Assembly: GCF_036321535.1 (NCBI RefSeq)
Contig: NC_087437.1
Coordinates: 70,806,001 to 70,870,000 of the forward strand
Source of the DNA: Camelus dromedarius
Lineage: Eukaryota
Direction of reading: 5' to 3'
Length of the DNA stretch: 64,000 bases
Position 1 is the stretch's first letter. Each line of letters opens with the position of its first letter. A program made the translations under genes and the position numbers. Shown here piece by piece: positions 13,690-26,500 of the stretch. The notes below the pieces were generated by a model. That model had not been told where the DNA came from and made no database searches. It saw only the letters and a program-made list of their open reading frames with translations.

Positions 13690-14110
13690 GTTTACCTTTT
13701 TTTTTAATTCCACATATAAGTGATATCATATGGTATTTTTCTTTCTCTTTCTGGCTTATTTCACTTAGAATGACAATCTCCAGGTCCATCCATGTTGCTG
13801 CAAATGGCATTTTTATTATTTTTTATGGCTGAGTAGTATTCCATTGTATAAATATACCACAGCTTCCTTATCCGGTCATCTGTCAATGGACATTTAGGTT
13901 GTTTCCATGTCTTGGCTATTGTAAATGGTGCTGCTGTGAATATTGGTGTGCATGTGTCTCTTTGAATTAAGGTTCCCTCTGGATAGATGCCTAGGAGTGG
14001 GATTGCTGGATCATATGGGAAGTCTATTTTTAGTCTTTTGAGGAATCTCCATAATGTTTTCCATAATAGCTGCACCAAACTGCATTCCCACCAGCAATGT
14101 AGGAGGGTTC
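13690..14110 (-). pseudogene. L1 ORF2 C-terminal remnant (frameshifted)
   Basis: ORF 13761..14078 [29 protein letters not shown]...WKQPKCP...LWYIYTMEYYSAIK continues in another frame as MPFAATWMDLEIVILSEISQKEKEKYHMISLICG, the canonical ORF2p end. Confidence 0.93.
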
Positions 14111-17100
14111 ACCTTTTATTTACTAATAATTGACACTTTTCCAAATCTCAGTTTCAAGCATCCCATGCTCCAACCAACTACCTAATATTCTTGCAGCCCA
14201 ATCCCACAGTTCCCTCTGTTAAAACAATTCCTGAAGCCTAGTAGGGCCTCTAATTCATCAATTCTACCCATAGCCCCTCATATTCTCCCTTGTTTATATG
14301 GCTTAGATTCCATGGACAATGATTTTAATCACTTCCTTGCATACACTCTTAACTCCTTAGAGCTTCTCTTTCTTCATTGTCCTCTCCTAACAAATCTCAA
14401 TTCTGGTGATCATACACAACTCCCCTCTATAGCCTGCATGCCAGCTGAGTGTGGCTGGAGGAAAACATGCAGGTAAACTGGTGACTCTCGCTGTAAACTC
14501 ATGATCCCTCAGAGAGGCTCTTTGTGCTGCCCTGCAATTACACTTCCCTGTCCATTCATGTTCCCATGTCACTACAAGAATATTTCATATCTTTCCCTCT
14601 CTCAAACATCCATCACCTCCTTCCCCATCCTTACTCTCAACTTAAGACCCTCCTTCCTACTTCACTGAGAAAATAGAAGCAATCAAAAAAGTACTTGCAC
14701 AAACACTCACTCTCTAGCACACCTACTGTCCCATCTGCATTGTGCCCACATACCCTGCTTTCTCTCCCATAACTGTGGATAAACTACACACTCCTGTTCA
14801 GCCTCCCCCTTGTTGTACATCAGATCCCGCCCCCTCACACACTCAAACATGGTCCTGAAAAAGCTCCCTTCTTTCTCTTCCTTGATCAGTGTTCCTTATC
14901 TACCAACATCTTTCCAATGAGCACACAAGAATGTTGTGATTTCTCTTATCCTAAAAAAGTACTCTCTTCTGACCCCATACTCCCTGCAAGCTACGGTCTC
15001 TTTCTTTGATTCCCACTATAGTAAAATTTCTCAAGTAGTATCACTGTACTCACTACAGACACTCTCCAACCCTGTCCTCTAATTCTCTCTTGATCCTTCT
15101 CTAATTAGCTTTTGCACCCACCAATGTGATAATGCAGTTCACACTAAGATCATCGATGACTTCCATGTTGTTAATCCATTAACCAATTCACAGTTGTTCC
15201 TGATCTCTTGGCATTGTTTACATGGCTCATTATTCTTCAGCCATTAAAACAGATTCTTCATTTAGCTTTCAGTCCCCTACACTCACCTGATTTTTTTCCT
15301 ACCTCACAGGTCATTCCTTCTCAGTCTTCTTGGCTGATACATTCTCATTTCCCCAACATGTCAACACAAGAGGGTCCTACGGCTCAGTCCTTGAACCTCT
15401 TTTTTTAATCTCTGTTCACTCCCTTAATATTCATACCCAAGCTTATGGTTCAAGCTTGTATCTGTAGTCCAGGCCTTTACCCCGAATTCTAGGCTCACAT
15501 ATTCAATTACCTACTCAATTCTAATGAGCGTCACAAACATAACATCCCCAAATGGAATTCCTTATTTTACCTAACAAATATGCCTTCTTTCCCACCTCAG
15601 TAAATAATGTGTCCATCCTTATAGCTGCTCAGGTCAAAAATTTATTTCTCTCTTCAGCCTATCAACAAATCCAAACTATCAACAAATTCTGCAGTCCTGC
15701 CTTCAAAACACATGCAGAATCTTACCACTTCTCCCCCTCACCACTGCTACTCTCCTGATTCAAGCTACTATTATCTCTTACCTGGATGACTGCAATAGCC
15801 TCCTAATTATCTTCCCTGTTTCTGGCCTTGTGTCTATTCTCGAGCAGTCTATCTTTAAAATGGTAGCCAGAATGATTCTTTGTAATGCACGTAATGTAAT
15901 TTAAGTCAGACCATATCTCTCCTCTGCTCAGAACTTTCTTATGGCTCTCTATCTACTCAGAGGAGAAGCCAAAGCCTCTACAAGTAGTCTACAAGGCCCT
16001 ACACATTCAGTTTCCTCTAGTCTGTGTCCTCATTTAGCACTTGATTCCTCACTCACTCCACTCCTCTCAAGCTCCTCTTCATGGCTTCCTTGCTTTCCTC
16101 ACCTACATTACATGATTTCATCCCCAGGACCTTTGCACATGCTTTCCTCACTACCTGCAATGCTTCTTTAGATAAGGTTTGTTTGCTCACCATCTTCAGG
16201 TCTTTGATCAGCTTTCACTTCTAAGGAAGGCCTTTCATAAGCACCATATTTAAAATTGTACCCCCCTCCTTTACTTCATTTTTCTTCATAGCAATTATTC
16301 CCTTCAGATAAAAGTTTTATTTACAAATTTATTTTCCCCTGTCATGGAATATAAGCCCCATAATTGCAGGGTCTTGTATCTTGGTTTTGTGGTTATTTTC
16401 TTTGTTTGGTACTCTAAGATATCCTCAATGTCTAGAACACTCCCTGGTATATAAAGGGTGTTCAGTAAATATTTGCTGGATAAACTGAAGAAAGAATGAG
16501 TGCTTCTTTCCCTGAGTTTGCAGGTGCTTTTATTAGATGCAAAACTTAATATTGTAGCTTGGGCCCCATGATTCTCCATGGCAAAATTTTCAGATTCTTC
16601 AAAATTAATTTTGAAAGTAAGAGCACTTTGTGCAGGTCTATCCAGAATATTAGATAGGCCACTATTTCTGTTCAGCACCCAAAGCAGCAACATCTAAAGC
16701 ATTTGATATTTTTTTCATTTGGTAAATGTTTATCAGGGAATATGGGTGTTCTAGACATGGATAGTGACATGTGCAAAGGCTCAGAAAGAAGAGACCAAAG
16801 TACAATGGACTGTTACTATATTGCAAGTGACAGATAATGGAAGCCTAAGCTACTGTGGTGCAATGGGAACAAGAGACCTAGATATGTGAGAGACATCAGT
16901 AAGTAAAAGGTTGCTGGAATTAGGAAACCTGGTTGTTGAGGAAAACAAAATACTGTCTACTTTTATCAGGCTATAAAGTAGAAGGTGATTATGAAAGAAT
17001 TAGGTAAGAGTGGAACTTGAACACAGAGGACTTGAGTTATACAATTCCCCTTGTGGGATATAGACTTAGAATCTCTCATTGTTATAGTCACTGTAAAAAT

Positions 17101-17429
17101 ATTCAGTGTGTTCAGTGGTGACCCCAAAGCATCATTCTGGAAGGTGCTCTCAGATCAGACGCTAACTCTCATTCTTCCAGCCCCCTGACTAACAGTGGAA
17201 ATGGTTGGAGGTCCCAATTTTTCTACCTAGTAATCTTACCCTTCCTGAAAGCAATTTTTCTTCTTTTATACAGAAATTATTAGATTAATAAATGTAATAA
17301 TACATGTGCATATAGATAGGTACACACGTGCACACACATAATAGTTTAAAACCCAATTAACTGTAAATATTGCTTTCTATGCACAAAAGCCTCCTTCAGT
17401 TATTAAAAGAAATTACATTAGAATTACAA

Positions 17430-17710
17430 ATCTGGTGATGATTTGAGGGGTGGTGAAGAAGCAGCAGATGACTCCCAGGTACGGGACTTGGGCAGGTGGG
17501 TGAGTGTCGATGCTGTTTGCTCACACAGGGAACACGGGAAGAAGAGAAACTATGAAGGAGAAGAGGATTCGGCTTTGGACGTTGTTGCAGTATCTAATTG
17601 GGATTGTCCAGTAGATCATTTGACAGAGGGCTAGAGGTCAGGAGAGAACTAATTGTTCACGATGTAGATTTGAGAGATATTAACATATTGATAATAAGTA
17701 AAATTGGGAG
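17430..17710 (-). mobile_element. L2 LINE fragment
   Basis: GATGACTCCCAGGT...GACTTGGGCAGGTGGGTG...GAGGTCAGGAGAGA...GATGTAGATTTGAGAG. Confidence 0.7.
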
Positions 17711-19363
17711 ACAGGGATTTCCAGTAGGCAGTGGCTACATTAGACTGAAGTATGTGAAATAAAACATTATCAGACATTGACCTGAACATCAAGGAACTTA
17801 TAAGCGCTTATCTGACACTTCCCTACCAGTTTTCTCTTAAATTCACTCCCACCCATCCCATACACCAACCTACATCCTATCTCCAGCTTTCCTTTCTATT
17901 TAAAAATAGCTGTAAGTCAACACCTGGACCCTTTACATTGCAGACATGCCTTGATCTCTGTAAAAACTCTATATACCTCAAAATTTTATGCAGAGAAGTG
18001 GTGTGTACATGAGAACACACTGTCAGTGCACTCTAAGCTCTCTTTATTTTCAGAATCTGTGGAATGAGCCTATTCGCCTTGTGAACAATGTTCCCTAATT
18101 TATGTATTTGCTGAGTTTTTGTCAGATTTTCTTCAACAGGCATGCATAGTATTCAACTGTTGTAACATCAAACCATTGGGATATTTAAGGAGACCCTTGT
18201 TAAAAAATTAGAGGGAAATCATCTTTATTCCTTTTCTTTCTATTGGGGGGAAGGAAACGTAAACTTAAGTTACTCCTTGACGACCAGCCTTTCTGTAAGT
18301 CAGCCACCCTACAGGAATGAAACTTTCAGTTTTACTTTTCTCTGAGATTCCCTTTTATTCCTTGCCTTGAATCACTTAAAAATGTTTTCTTGCCATACCG
18401 TGTTTGTCACCTCTATACCTTGGTAGGTTTATTTATTTACTGGTTTTTTTTTAGAATATTTTATATCAGTTCTTTCTCCTCATATTTGAAATTTTCCTGA
18501 CAGAGACAGCCTTTGGGGGACAGTTTATGATGGTTTTATAATAGTGGTTGTAATCTCTGTTGTTCCGAATTTTCTCCAGTCTGTGATCATCAGGGACTTC
18601 TCTTTGCTGTGCCTCTTTATTGGCAGTCTCACTTTCTTCCTCATGTCTTATCTTTATCCCTCCAAAAAGCTTCTGCAAAATGTATCTTCCCCACCAATCA
18701 TCATGCTACACCGTCAGTGTATGCAATCTCTATGGTAACTGGGGCACGTGCCACAATACCAAGATTACTGGAGCAACCATCATCGTGGGAAAATCAGTAC
18801 ACGTGCTCCTCTGGCACCACAGAAGTTTCCCCACTGAAACCAGAATCAGAGCCTCCTTTCCTAATGTGTGGGGCAAATAAGGGAGCAGGGGAGATGCTAT
18901 AAACCCAGGTTCTCTACAGGCACATTATTGGGTTTTAGTGGATTCTTCATGTTGATCTTATTTATTATAAAGCTAGACTGGTGTGCAGATCCTGACTAGA
19001 CATGGATAAACTGTTTGAATTAGGGGAGAGCATTCCTTTGTCTTATGTGACTAATCTCTGAACAAGCTAATTGTATTTACAATCGGATATATTCTTAGGT
19101 AAGCTCAGGGAAATTACTGATACACTTTACAGTTATTCCCTGCCATTGTAGAGACAGACTTTTGCAGGTGGTTCTCCCAGCAACTGCGTGTTGACCCAGT
19201 GGGCCCAAAAGGCCTTCAGGTGGGGATGGTTCTGTTGGGTCATGAATGGAATGAGAATGAGGCAAGGGGGCTCTTCTGGCTGCTTCCTCTAGGACTGAGC
19301 TTCCCCCTAATAGATGGAGAACCATACTCCCAGGTATAGCTCAATGGAAAAAAGGGCCTAAAG

Positions 19364-19580
19364 CAGGGTTTTACAACCTCGGCTCTGTTGAGATTGGGGG
19401 CCAGACACACTTTCGTTGTGCAGAACTGTCCTGTGCATTGTAGCCTGTCTAGCAGCATCCCTGGCCTCTACCCACTGGATGACCAGTAGTGACTTCTCCA
19501 ATCTTGACAACTAAAATGTCTCTGGATGTGGCCAAATGTCTCCAGTGGGGGCAGAAGTTGCCCCAGGTTAGGAACCACCA
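19364..19580 (-). mobile_element. MER20 (hAT-Charlie MITE), full length
   Basis: CAGGGTTTTACAACCTCGG...TGTCCTGTGCATTGTAG...AGCAGCATCCCTGGCCTCTACCCAC...GGAACCAC; 8-bp TSD GCCTAAAG (19356-19363) / GTCTAAAG (19581-19588). Confidence 0.92.
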
Positions 19581-19645
19581 GTCTAAAGCAAGGTAGGGTT
19601 TTGGGTAAGAAAAGAGAGTTGGAGGATTCCTTCACAGGCCTGGAA

Positions 19646-19772
19646 TATTCATTCAGTGAGTCATTAGCAGGTGTTTATTGAGCCCCTGCTATCACAGGCA
19701 CTGTTCTGTGTATCAGAGAAACGACTAGAACATGCCAAGCCCTGGTCTCGCGGAGCTGATGCTCTAGCAGAC
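19646..19772 (-). mobile_element. L2 LINE 3' end
   Basis: ATTCATTCAG...GTTTATTGAGCCCCTGCTAT..CAGGCACTGTTCT. Confidence 0.7.
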
Positions 19773-20214
19773 GTGAGCCACGTGTTCCTGACCAGCTGGG
19801 TCCCTTTCCCTCCATGCAGCCTAACGGCAAATGCTTCCAGCCAACTGAGGGCCAAGAAAAGAAAAATACAAGTTCGTATTTGAAGACTCTTTTTCAGTTT
19901 ATGAACCTCAAAAACAGCTAGGATTTAAAAATGAAACTTGGCAAGTGATTAGTTCATATGTTTTAGTTTATAATATGTTTTAATCATTTGGGGTGTTTTC
20001 AAAACAAATGGTGAGATTAGGGTTTTTTTTTTTTCCTTCTATTTTTGGCCCCTTTCCTCTGGAGAGTCCTTTTCTTGTGTTTAGTGTTGGTGTTCTTAGT
20101 ACATTTGAAGAATGCTTTTAAGTATTTGAAATGTGTGCACGTGGATGGAAGGAGATGAGGAAGAAGCAGCCTAGGACTTTGTGGTCCCTGCTCCGACAAA
20201 CACCCAACCCCAGC

Positions 20215-20495
20215 CCCAAAGCCAGTGTTGAGGCACCGCTTCCTCAAGGAAGCCTTCTCACGAACCCCTCATGGCCAAGTCCCCTGACCCAGGAGCTCTC
20301 AGAGCTCTCTTCCTGCGACCTCGTCACAACCGTAATCAAGGAACGGACTGTGCGAGTCGCTTTTCAGGTGTTTCCTTTTAGAATATCAGCACAGAGGGAA
20401 TCTGACCATGCCTGCTCTGTCCACAGCCCTACTGTCTTCAGCGCAGGGGCTGGCACACAGGAAGTGCTTAAGAAATATGTGTCGAGTGACACTGA
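20215..20495 (+). mobile_element. L2 LINE 3' end
   Basis: CTTCCTCAAGGAAGCCTTCTC...GGCTGGCACACAGGAAGTGCTTAAGAAATATG. Confidence 0.65.
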
Positions 20496-20648
20496 CCGAG
20501 AAAACCACCTTTTGGGTGTCTGCTCAAACACTTTTAACCTGTGCACTGCCTATGGATTACTCTACCTCCACTCTCAGACTTCACTGTGTGGATCATTATT
20601 GTGTAGCCTCTAGAGTAACATGTGAAGTGCTAAAATCATGCTTAAATC

Positions 20649-20882
20649 ATTTGCAGATACTAACTACCATATATAAAATAGATACACAAGTTTCTACTGT
20701 ATGGCACAGGGAACTATATTCAGTATCTTGTAGCAACCTATAATGAAAAAGAATATGAAAACGGATATATGCGTATATATATGTGTGTGTTGTGTGTGAC
20801 TGAAACATGTTGCTGTACACCAGAAATTGACACAACATTGTAAACGGACTATACTTTAATAAAAAACTGGGGGAAAAAAAAA
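20649..20882 (+). mobile_element. Young L1 3' UTR fragment (artiodactyl/camelid type)
   Basis: ATTTGCAGATACTAACTAC...GCACAGGGAACTATATTCA...GCTGTACACCAGAAATTGACACAACATTGTAAAC.GACTATACTT..AATAAA plus A tail; homologous to the reverse of 13385-13590. Confidence 0.92.
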
Positions 20883-21094
20883 GAAAGTCTAGAGAACAGC
20901 TTAAGTTCATTAATCTTAGGGATATTTCAGGCTTATATGGAGATTTCAGGAATGTAAGGGAAATAACAAGGCATGGAATATTGTTAAGTATTTAGGAATA
21001 TTTTTAAGTATTACTAATGCCCTGAGCAGTGTTCAAGAGCTAGAAGGTTTAGAGGAGAAATGCTTATGATTGTCAGTGTTGGGCACAGTGTTAA

Positions 21095-21262
21095 ATTACA
21101 TAATTTATTTACTTGTTTTCATGTTTGATGTCTGTTCCCCCACTAGAATTTAAGTTACACGAAAGTGGGGAACTTACTTTGTCTATAACTTTATCCTCTG
21201 TGCCTAAAATGGTACTTGACACATAGTAGGTATTCCATAAATGTTTAATCAATGAATAAATG
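21095..21262 (+). mobile_element. L2 LINE 3' end
   Basis: CCCCCACTAGAATTTAAG...GACACATAGTAGGTATTCCATAAATGTTTAATCAATGAATAAATG. Confidence 0.8.
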
Positions 21263-21497
21263 GCAGGCATTCAATCAATGATTAGTAGATTAATTGCTTA
21301 TTAGTATACCAAAAGTGCAGTAACATATGATGAAGTTCTTATTCATTCATTCAACACATACAGTTTGAGTTTTTCCTGGAGACCTGCATCCTTGCATCCG
21401 AGAGCATGTCTAGCACACAGTAGGTATGCATTAAGTACTTGATGAGTGAATGCTCTAATTAGTATTCCAGCACACTTAGAGATGTTTATTTGCTAAG

Positions 21498-21962
21498 TGT
21501 CTTAGTTTACTAGGGCTTCCATAACAAAGTGCCACAAAACTGGGTGGCTTAAACAACAGTGATTACTGTCTCACAGTTCTAGGGGCTAAACACCCAAGAT
21601 CTAGGTGTCAGCAGGGTTGGTTCCTTCCCAGGGGTCTGAAGAAGAACCTGTTCCCTACTTCCCTCCTACCTCTGCTGGTTTGCTGGCAGTCTCTGGGATT
21701 CCTCAACTTGTAGAAGTATCGTCCTGGCCTCTGCCTTTATTTTCACATCGCGTTCTCCCCGTGTGCATGTGTGTGTCCAGATTTCCCCTTGTAAAAGGAT
21801 ACCAGTCATCCTGGATTAGTGGCCCACCCTTCTTCAGGATTGCCTCATCCTTATTAGCCACATCTGCAATGACCCTGTTCTCAAATACCATCACAGTCTG
21901 TGGTACTAGGGTCCAGAACGTCAACATACGAATTTGAGAAGGACACGATTCAACCCACAACA
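21498..21962 (-). mobile_element. ERVL-MaLR solo LTR, MLT1C-like, full length
   Basis: 465 bp with TG...CA ends; CATAACAAAGTGCCACAAAACTGGGTGGCTTAAACAACAG...GGACACGATTCAACCCACAACA; 5-bp TSD CTAAG/CTAAA. Confidence 0.92.
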
Positions 21963-22382
21963 CTAAAATAATAGAGATCTTCAGGCAGTGATATCCTAAA
22001 AGTTACTTTCCATTTCGAAAACAGCTTCTCAAAATAGCATCTAGTTTTAAAATTCTGTGTGGACATTGGTATGGTGATATTAATAGCATTTACTATATTA
22101 CATAAAAACTTGTGTGTTTACTGAGAGGAAACATGAAGAAAGTCCAAAAGGCATGAGTGTACATAGCACATTTTCTTGAATGGTGTGTGACCAGACAATG
22201 GGTTATGTGGGGAAGGCTGCTAGGGATTCTGAAGAGATTTGTATATGAATCCAAGGCATTTGGACTTTATATTACAGACATCAAGGAACCAATACAGAAG
22301 TCAAAACTTACTGAACTGTAGAAGTTTATAAAAAGGATGTAAATGATTGTATGTAAATGATTCACCAATGAACCTAACTTTA

Positions 22383-22696
22383 TTTTTTTAATGAAGTATA
22401 GTCAGTTTACAATGCTGTGTTAATTTCTGATGTACAGCATAGTGATTTATTTATGCATACATATATATATATATTCCTTTTCATATTCTTTTTCATCATA
22501 GGCCATTACAAGGTATTGAATGTAGTTCTCTGTGCTATACAGTAGGATCTCATTGTTTATTTTATGTATGGTAATTAGTATCTATGAATCCTGAGCTCCC
22601 AGTTTAATCCTCCCCACCCACTTTTCCCCCTGGTAACCATAAATTTGTTTTTTGTGTCTGTGAGTCAGTCTCTGTTTTGTAAATAAGTTCACTTTA
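22383..22696 (-). mobile_element. L1 3' UTR fragment (artiodactyl/camelid type) with TSD
   Basis: Same 3' UTR as 13385-13690; TSD AACCTAACTTTA (22371-22382) / AACCTGACTTTA (22697-22708) at an endonuclease-type CTTT/AA site. Confidence 0.92.
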
Positions 22697-22729
22697 AACC
22701 TGACTTTAAAAAAGAAAGGAAGAAAATGA

Positions 22730-23580
22730 AAAGGTTGAGGAATGGACCTTGGGAACTAGTAATTCAGAGGGTTTTGATGATCTTGGCAGTTTAATTAGAA
22801 ACACAGGTAGAGAAACCAGATTTGACCGTGTTGAGGAATAAATCGGAGTTTAGGAAGCTTGAAGTGGTACAAAAGAGGGAAAGATCAGGTCCACAGAAGA
22901 TGGTTTGTTGTTTGTTGGTTTGTTATGGTTGTTATCGTTTGTTTAGACATGGGTAACTGAAGATGTTAGCGTGCAGTAGGAAAATGGAAAATACAGAAGA
23001 AAGAAGGAGTAACTAATACAGTAAGATCCTGGAGGAGGCTATTAGCGCTAGAGAAAAAAGCCTCCGAGGTGTCAGGGATGGGTTCTGACAGAGGTAGCGT
23101 GACGGGACTATCATCTGATGGCTTCTGTCTTCTCTGTGAAAAAAGAGGCAAGGTTAATAGCTGAGAATAAAGGGTAGGAGGTAAGTTATAAGGAGTTAAT
23201 TAGAGTGATAAATGGAAACTGGGAACTGAAAAAGGAGACTGAATAGAGAAAAATAAAAAGAATTATAAATTTGTTCCAAACCCCCAGCTCAGGTTGGAAA
23301 CCAGGACTCTGGAGGGGCACCAGGCTGTACAGTTTTGTTCTTTTTCCTCAGCACTGCTCAGCAGCCTGGAGCTGAGGTGAACATACATGAGTGGGTTCTT
23401 CTAGCCTCAAGGACTAGCTAGGTACAGTTGAGAGCCATGGATGAGGAAATTGATGGTGGATGTCTTTAAAAATTAACAACCATGCGGGTCCAGGCTGGTA
23501 GAGAAGAAATTAGAGATTGATGTCTTGGGAGAAAAGAGGAAAAAAATGAAAATCAAAGTCATGGTGAGAAGATAAGGCAC
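22730..23580 (-). mobile_element. L2 LINE internal fragment (degenerate)
   Basis: ATCATCTGATGGCTTCTGTCTTCTCTGTGAAAAAAGAGGCAAGG...GCTGAGAAT is the reverse of the L2 segment seen at 14640-14690. Confidence 0.65.
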
Positions 23581-26500
23581 TTACATATCCCAAGAAGAAG
23601 GCCTGTCCCTGCCACACACATCTCTTGCCACCAGTCCCAGGGAAACCACAGAAAGTAGACTGAACACTTTAGAGGGCACAGGCTGGCCTCAGAAACATAG
23701 CTTGCAGGTCAGAGTTTCGTTTCCAACTTTGCCAATAACTTAAGACTGCCAACATTAGCACCATCACAGAAGGCTGATCCTTAGGAAAAGGATGCATGTA
23801 AAAGTGGGTGAGAGAGGAATCTCCCATGGGGCAGTGGTGAAAATTGACAAGTGGTTAAGTGGTGAAAACTGGCAAATATTTTTCCTTTTTGCCTCAGATT
23901 CTTAAAGTATACTGATGTTACCCTCAAAGCATGCTTTTATTTTTTTCATCTTAAGATTCTCTACTTATTCTGTTAGAGCATCTCTGGAGCTGGCACTTGC
24001 TCTCCCTTTCTGTGTTTCCTCTTTCTTCTTGCTTCCGCCTGTGTTTAGGTGTTGCATATTGTCATACGTCTCAGCATAAATAAATATTCCTATATTCCAT
24101 AAATATTCCCATAAGCTTTGCACTGGATTTTTTTTTTCCCAAGAAGACAAGGCTTGAAGTGTTGGTGCTTGGTTAGAGAAGACATTTAGGTGCCTCACAG
24201 ATGACACCGTACAGCTGATGCTTCATTCCCTATGCATTCAGATGAACCCGAATGTCTGTCTACAGTGTTCATAAGAAGACCCGCTCCTGTGGGCCCTGCC
24301 TCCATGTGTCAGAGTGGCGGGGTAACCAACCATGTTATCCACTGTGAGATACCATGCTCTAGTTATCCTTTATTTGCTTGAGTGACTGTGATGAACATAA
24401 TACACAGGGCTTAGTAGTTTCCTAAACTCAATGAGAATTCCTAAGCTTCCTCTCTTGATACTGGCATTTCAAACAATAATTTGGGGGGAATGTCAACAGA
24501 CAGCTCTAAAGTCCCTGTCTCCTTATAAATATAAATCCTTATAAAATTCCATTTATCTCCTTTTTTTTTTTTTTTCCTACTCATGATTCTCTTATAGCTC
24601 TTTCCAGCGTTGCTAAAAGCCAGCTGGTCTGGAGATTAATATGACCAGACATACCATGAATTTTTTAAATCTCAAAAGTCCCAGTTTCTAGTTCTCGGTC
24701 AATCAAATATAGGTTGTATATTCTTGTATATATAAACGTACAGTATGTCATCATAAGTCTTCTCTAAATTTTTTTTGGTCTCGCTGTTCCCTAAAAATGC
24801 TCCTAAATGCTTCTTTGTTAGAAAGAGGCAGAGGAAAACCTGAAGAGTGGAGGGGAAAGGAGTATGAAGTGATGGAAAGAGAAAGCACACTAAGGAAGAA
24901 GGGAAACCAGTGAGGAGATGGAAAAAATGGTGATTTCCCTTTTCCCTAGTCCCCACAGAGCACTTTTATATTTGGTTTTGATATTCCTCTCACCTAATGC
25001 CCCCAAATGACCTCTCCTTAGCAATGTGCTCTATAACAAAGTATTCCTTTCACTGCCAGTATCTCCTACCTACCCAACAAGTCAAAATCTCCTGCCCTAG
25101 CAAGCTCAACATCCTCTCTAGCCTGCCAAGCCCCTTGCCAGCTGACTCTAGGGACTTGGACCCAATGCTGTTAAGTCTACCTTTCCCGTACCCCGTGCTG
25201 GCATGGAGAGTGTTAATGGCTGATGTAAGTCTGAAAAGAACTTAGGTAATAATTTGGTTTTACTTTATTAACATTCAAAATATAAATAGGTAAACTGCAT
25301 GTTGAATTCATTAATTCTTCCTCCACTATTTAGAAAGATGAAAACTGCATTTTTGAAAAAGGGATTGATTGGTGTCATGTACGTATTCATTCACTTCTGT
25401 TTATGCAAGATAATAAGAGTATTAACATGGAGGCAGAACAATGGTGTTCATGATTCTATCACCACTGTTTATATAAGGAGAAAAATATCTGAAAAGAAAC
25501 AGGGAGAGAACATTTGCTGCTCTGTACATACATTAAATTCTTGTATTTTTAGTTGTAAGGCATATGAGGAAGAAAAAGTGTAACAAGTTGAAGAGTTAAT
25601 GTTCTTTATACCACGTTCACTGACATTGACCTAAGATGGCTAAGTTCAGAGGAGACTAAAATATAATGGAGAAGTATGTCCTTACAAGAAGTATAGGGAC
25701 CAGAGACATGTGCTCCATTAAATTCTCTCTGAGACTGAGCTTACTTAAGATTATGACCCTTTGTTGAGTGCTGAAATGTTCTACCCCAGAGAGTAGTGAG
25801 TGCGTGTCTGGGAGACCATTGACTCATCATTTGCTTGTAACTCAAGATATGCTTCTTAAGAGCTGAGGCCCGATTAATTTTTTTTAAAAATGAAAAAAAA
25901 GAAGAAAAGTGACATTTTATATAAGATTGTAATGTAAGGACCCATTTCAAACACTTAAATAGTTCTGGGCAGACATTTATGATATTTTCTTGACTGTTGG
26001 AAGAAGAAAAAGTAGTTGGTGGTGGGGAAGGGGTTTCTTATCTAAATTGAAATTAGCTGAGTTGATAATATAGGCTGCAAAGGGTCAGATTATTCATGCA
26101 TGCTTAATGGATGTCACAAGCAAATGAAGAGTGAATAAAGAACAAGAAGAGAGGCTGTTATAGGTAGGTTGTTATGTTTATGGTAACTTAACTAAGAGAG
26201 CTAATAACCTGTCAATGATAATGGAGACATAAAAACTCTCTAAAATATACGTTAGAGTGGAAGGCCCTTGAGAGCAGGAAAGGAGTTCAGTTTGGAGAGT
26301 AATTAATCATAGGCTCTGAACAAACATTTGTCAAATTAATGAATGAATACCTGTCTCCATCTGGGCAATGCTTTTGCGTATTCTCCCTTATCTAACCAAT
26401 TCTCCAGGAAAGTTTAGAAACTTTGTTAGTCTCAGTTATAAACACAGATATGTCTCCAGTGAGAAAGTTGAGTTTTCACAGGGGCAAAGGGTTGCTAATT

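Larger units (their letters stand above)
13277..14110 (-). mobile_element. 5'-truncated young L1 (artiodactyl/camelid type) nested in L2
   Basis: ORF2 C-terminus, then L1 3' UTR (reverse of GACTATACTTCAATAAAAA), then an A-rich tail on the minus strand. Confidence 0.95.
13050..16500 (+). mobile_element. Long L2 LINE (about 2.6 kb excluding the nested L1)
   Basis: Continuous pyrimidine-rich L2 similarity (CTTCCTACTTCACTGAGAAAATAGAAGCAATC; CTGGATGACTGCAATAGCCTCCTAA; CAGGACCTTTGCACATGCT) ending in the L2 tail CAGTAAATATTTGCTGGATAAACTGAAGAAAGAATG. Confidence 0.85.

Noticed and set aside
20131..20613. 160-aa ORF
   Set aside because: Largely overlaps a decayed L2 3' end; no protein similarity recognised.
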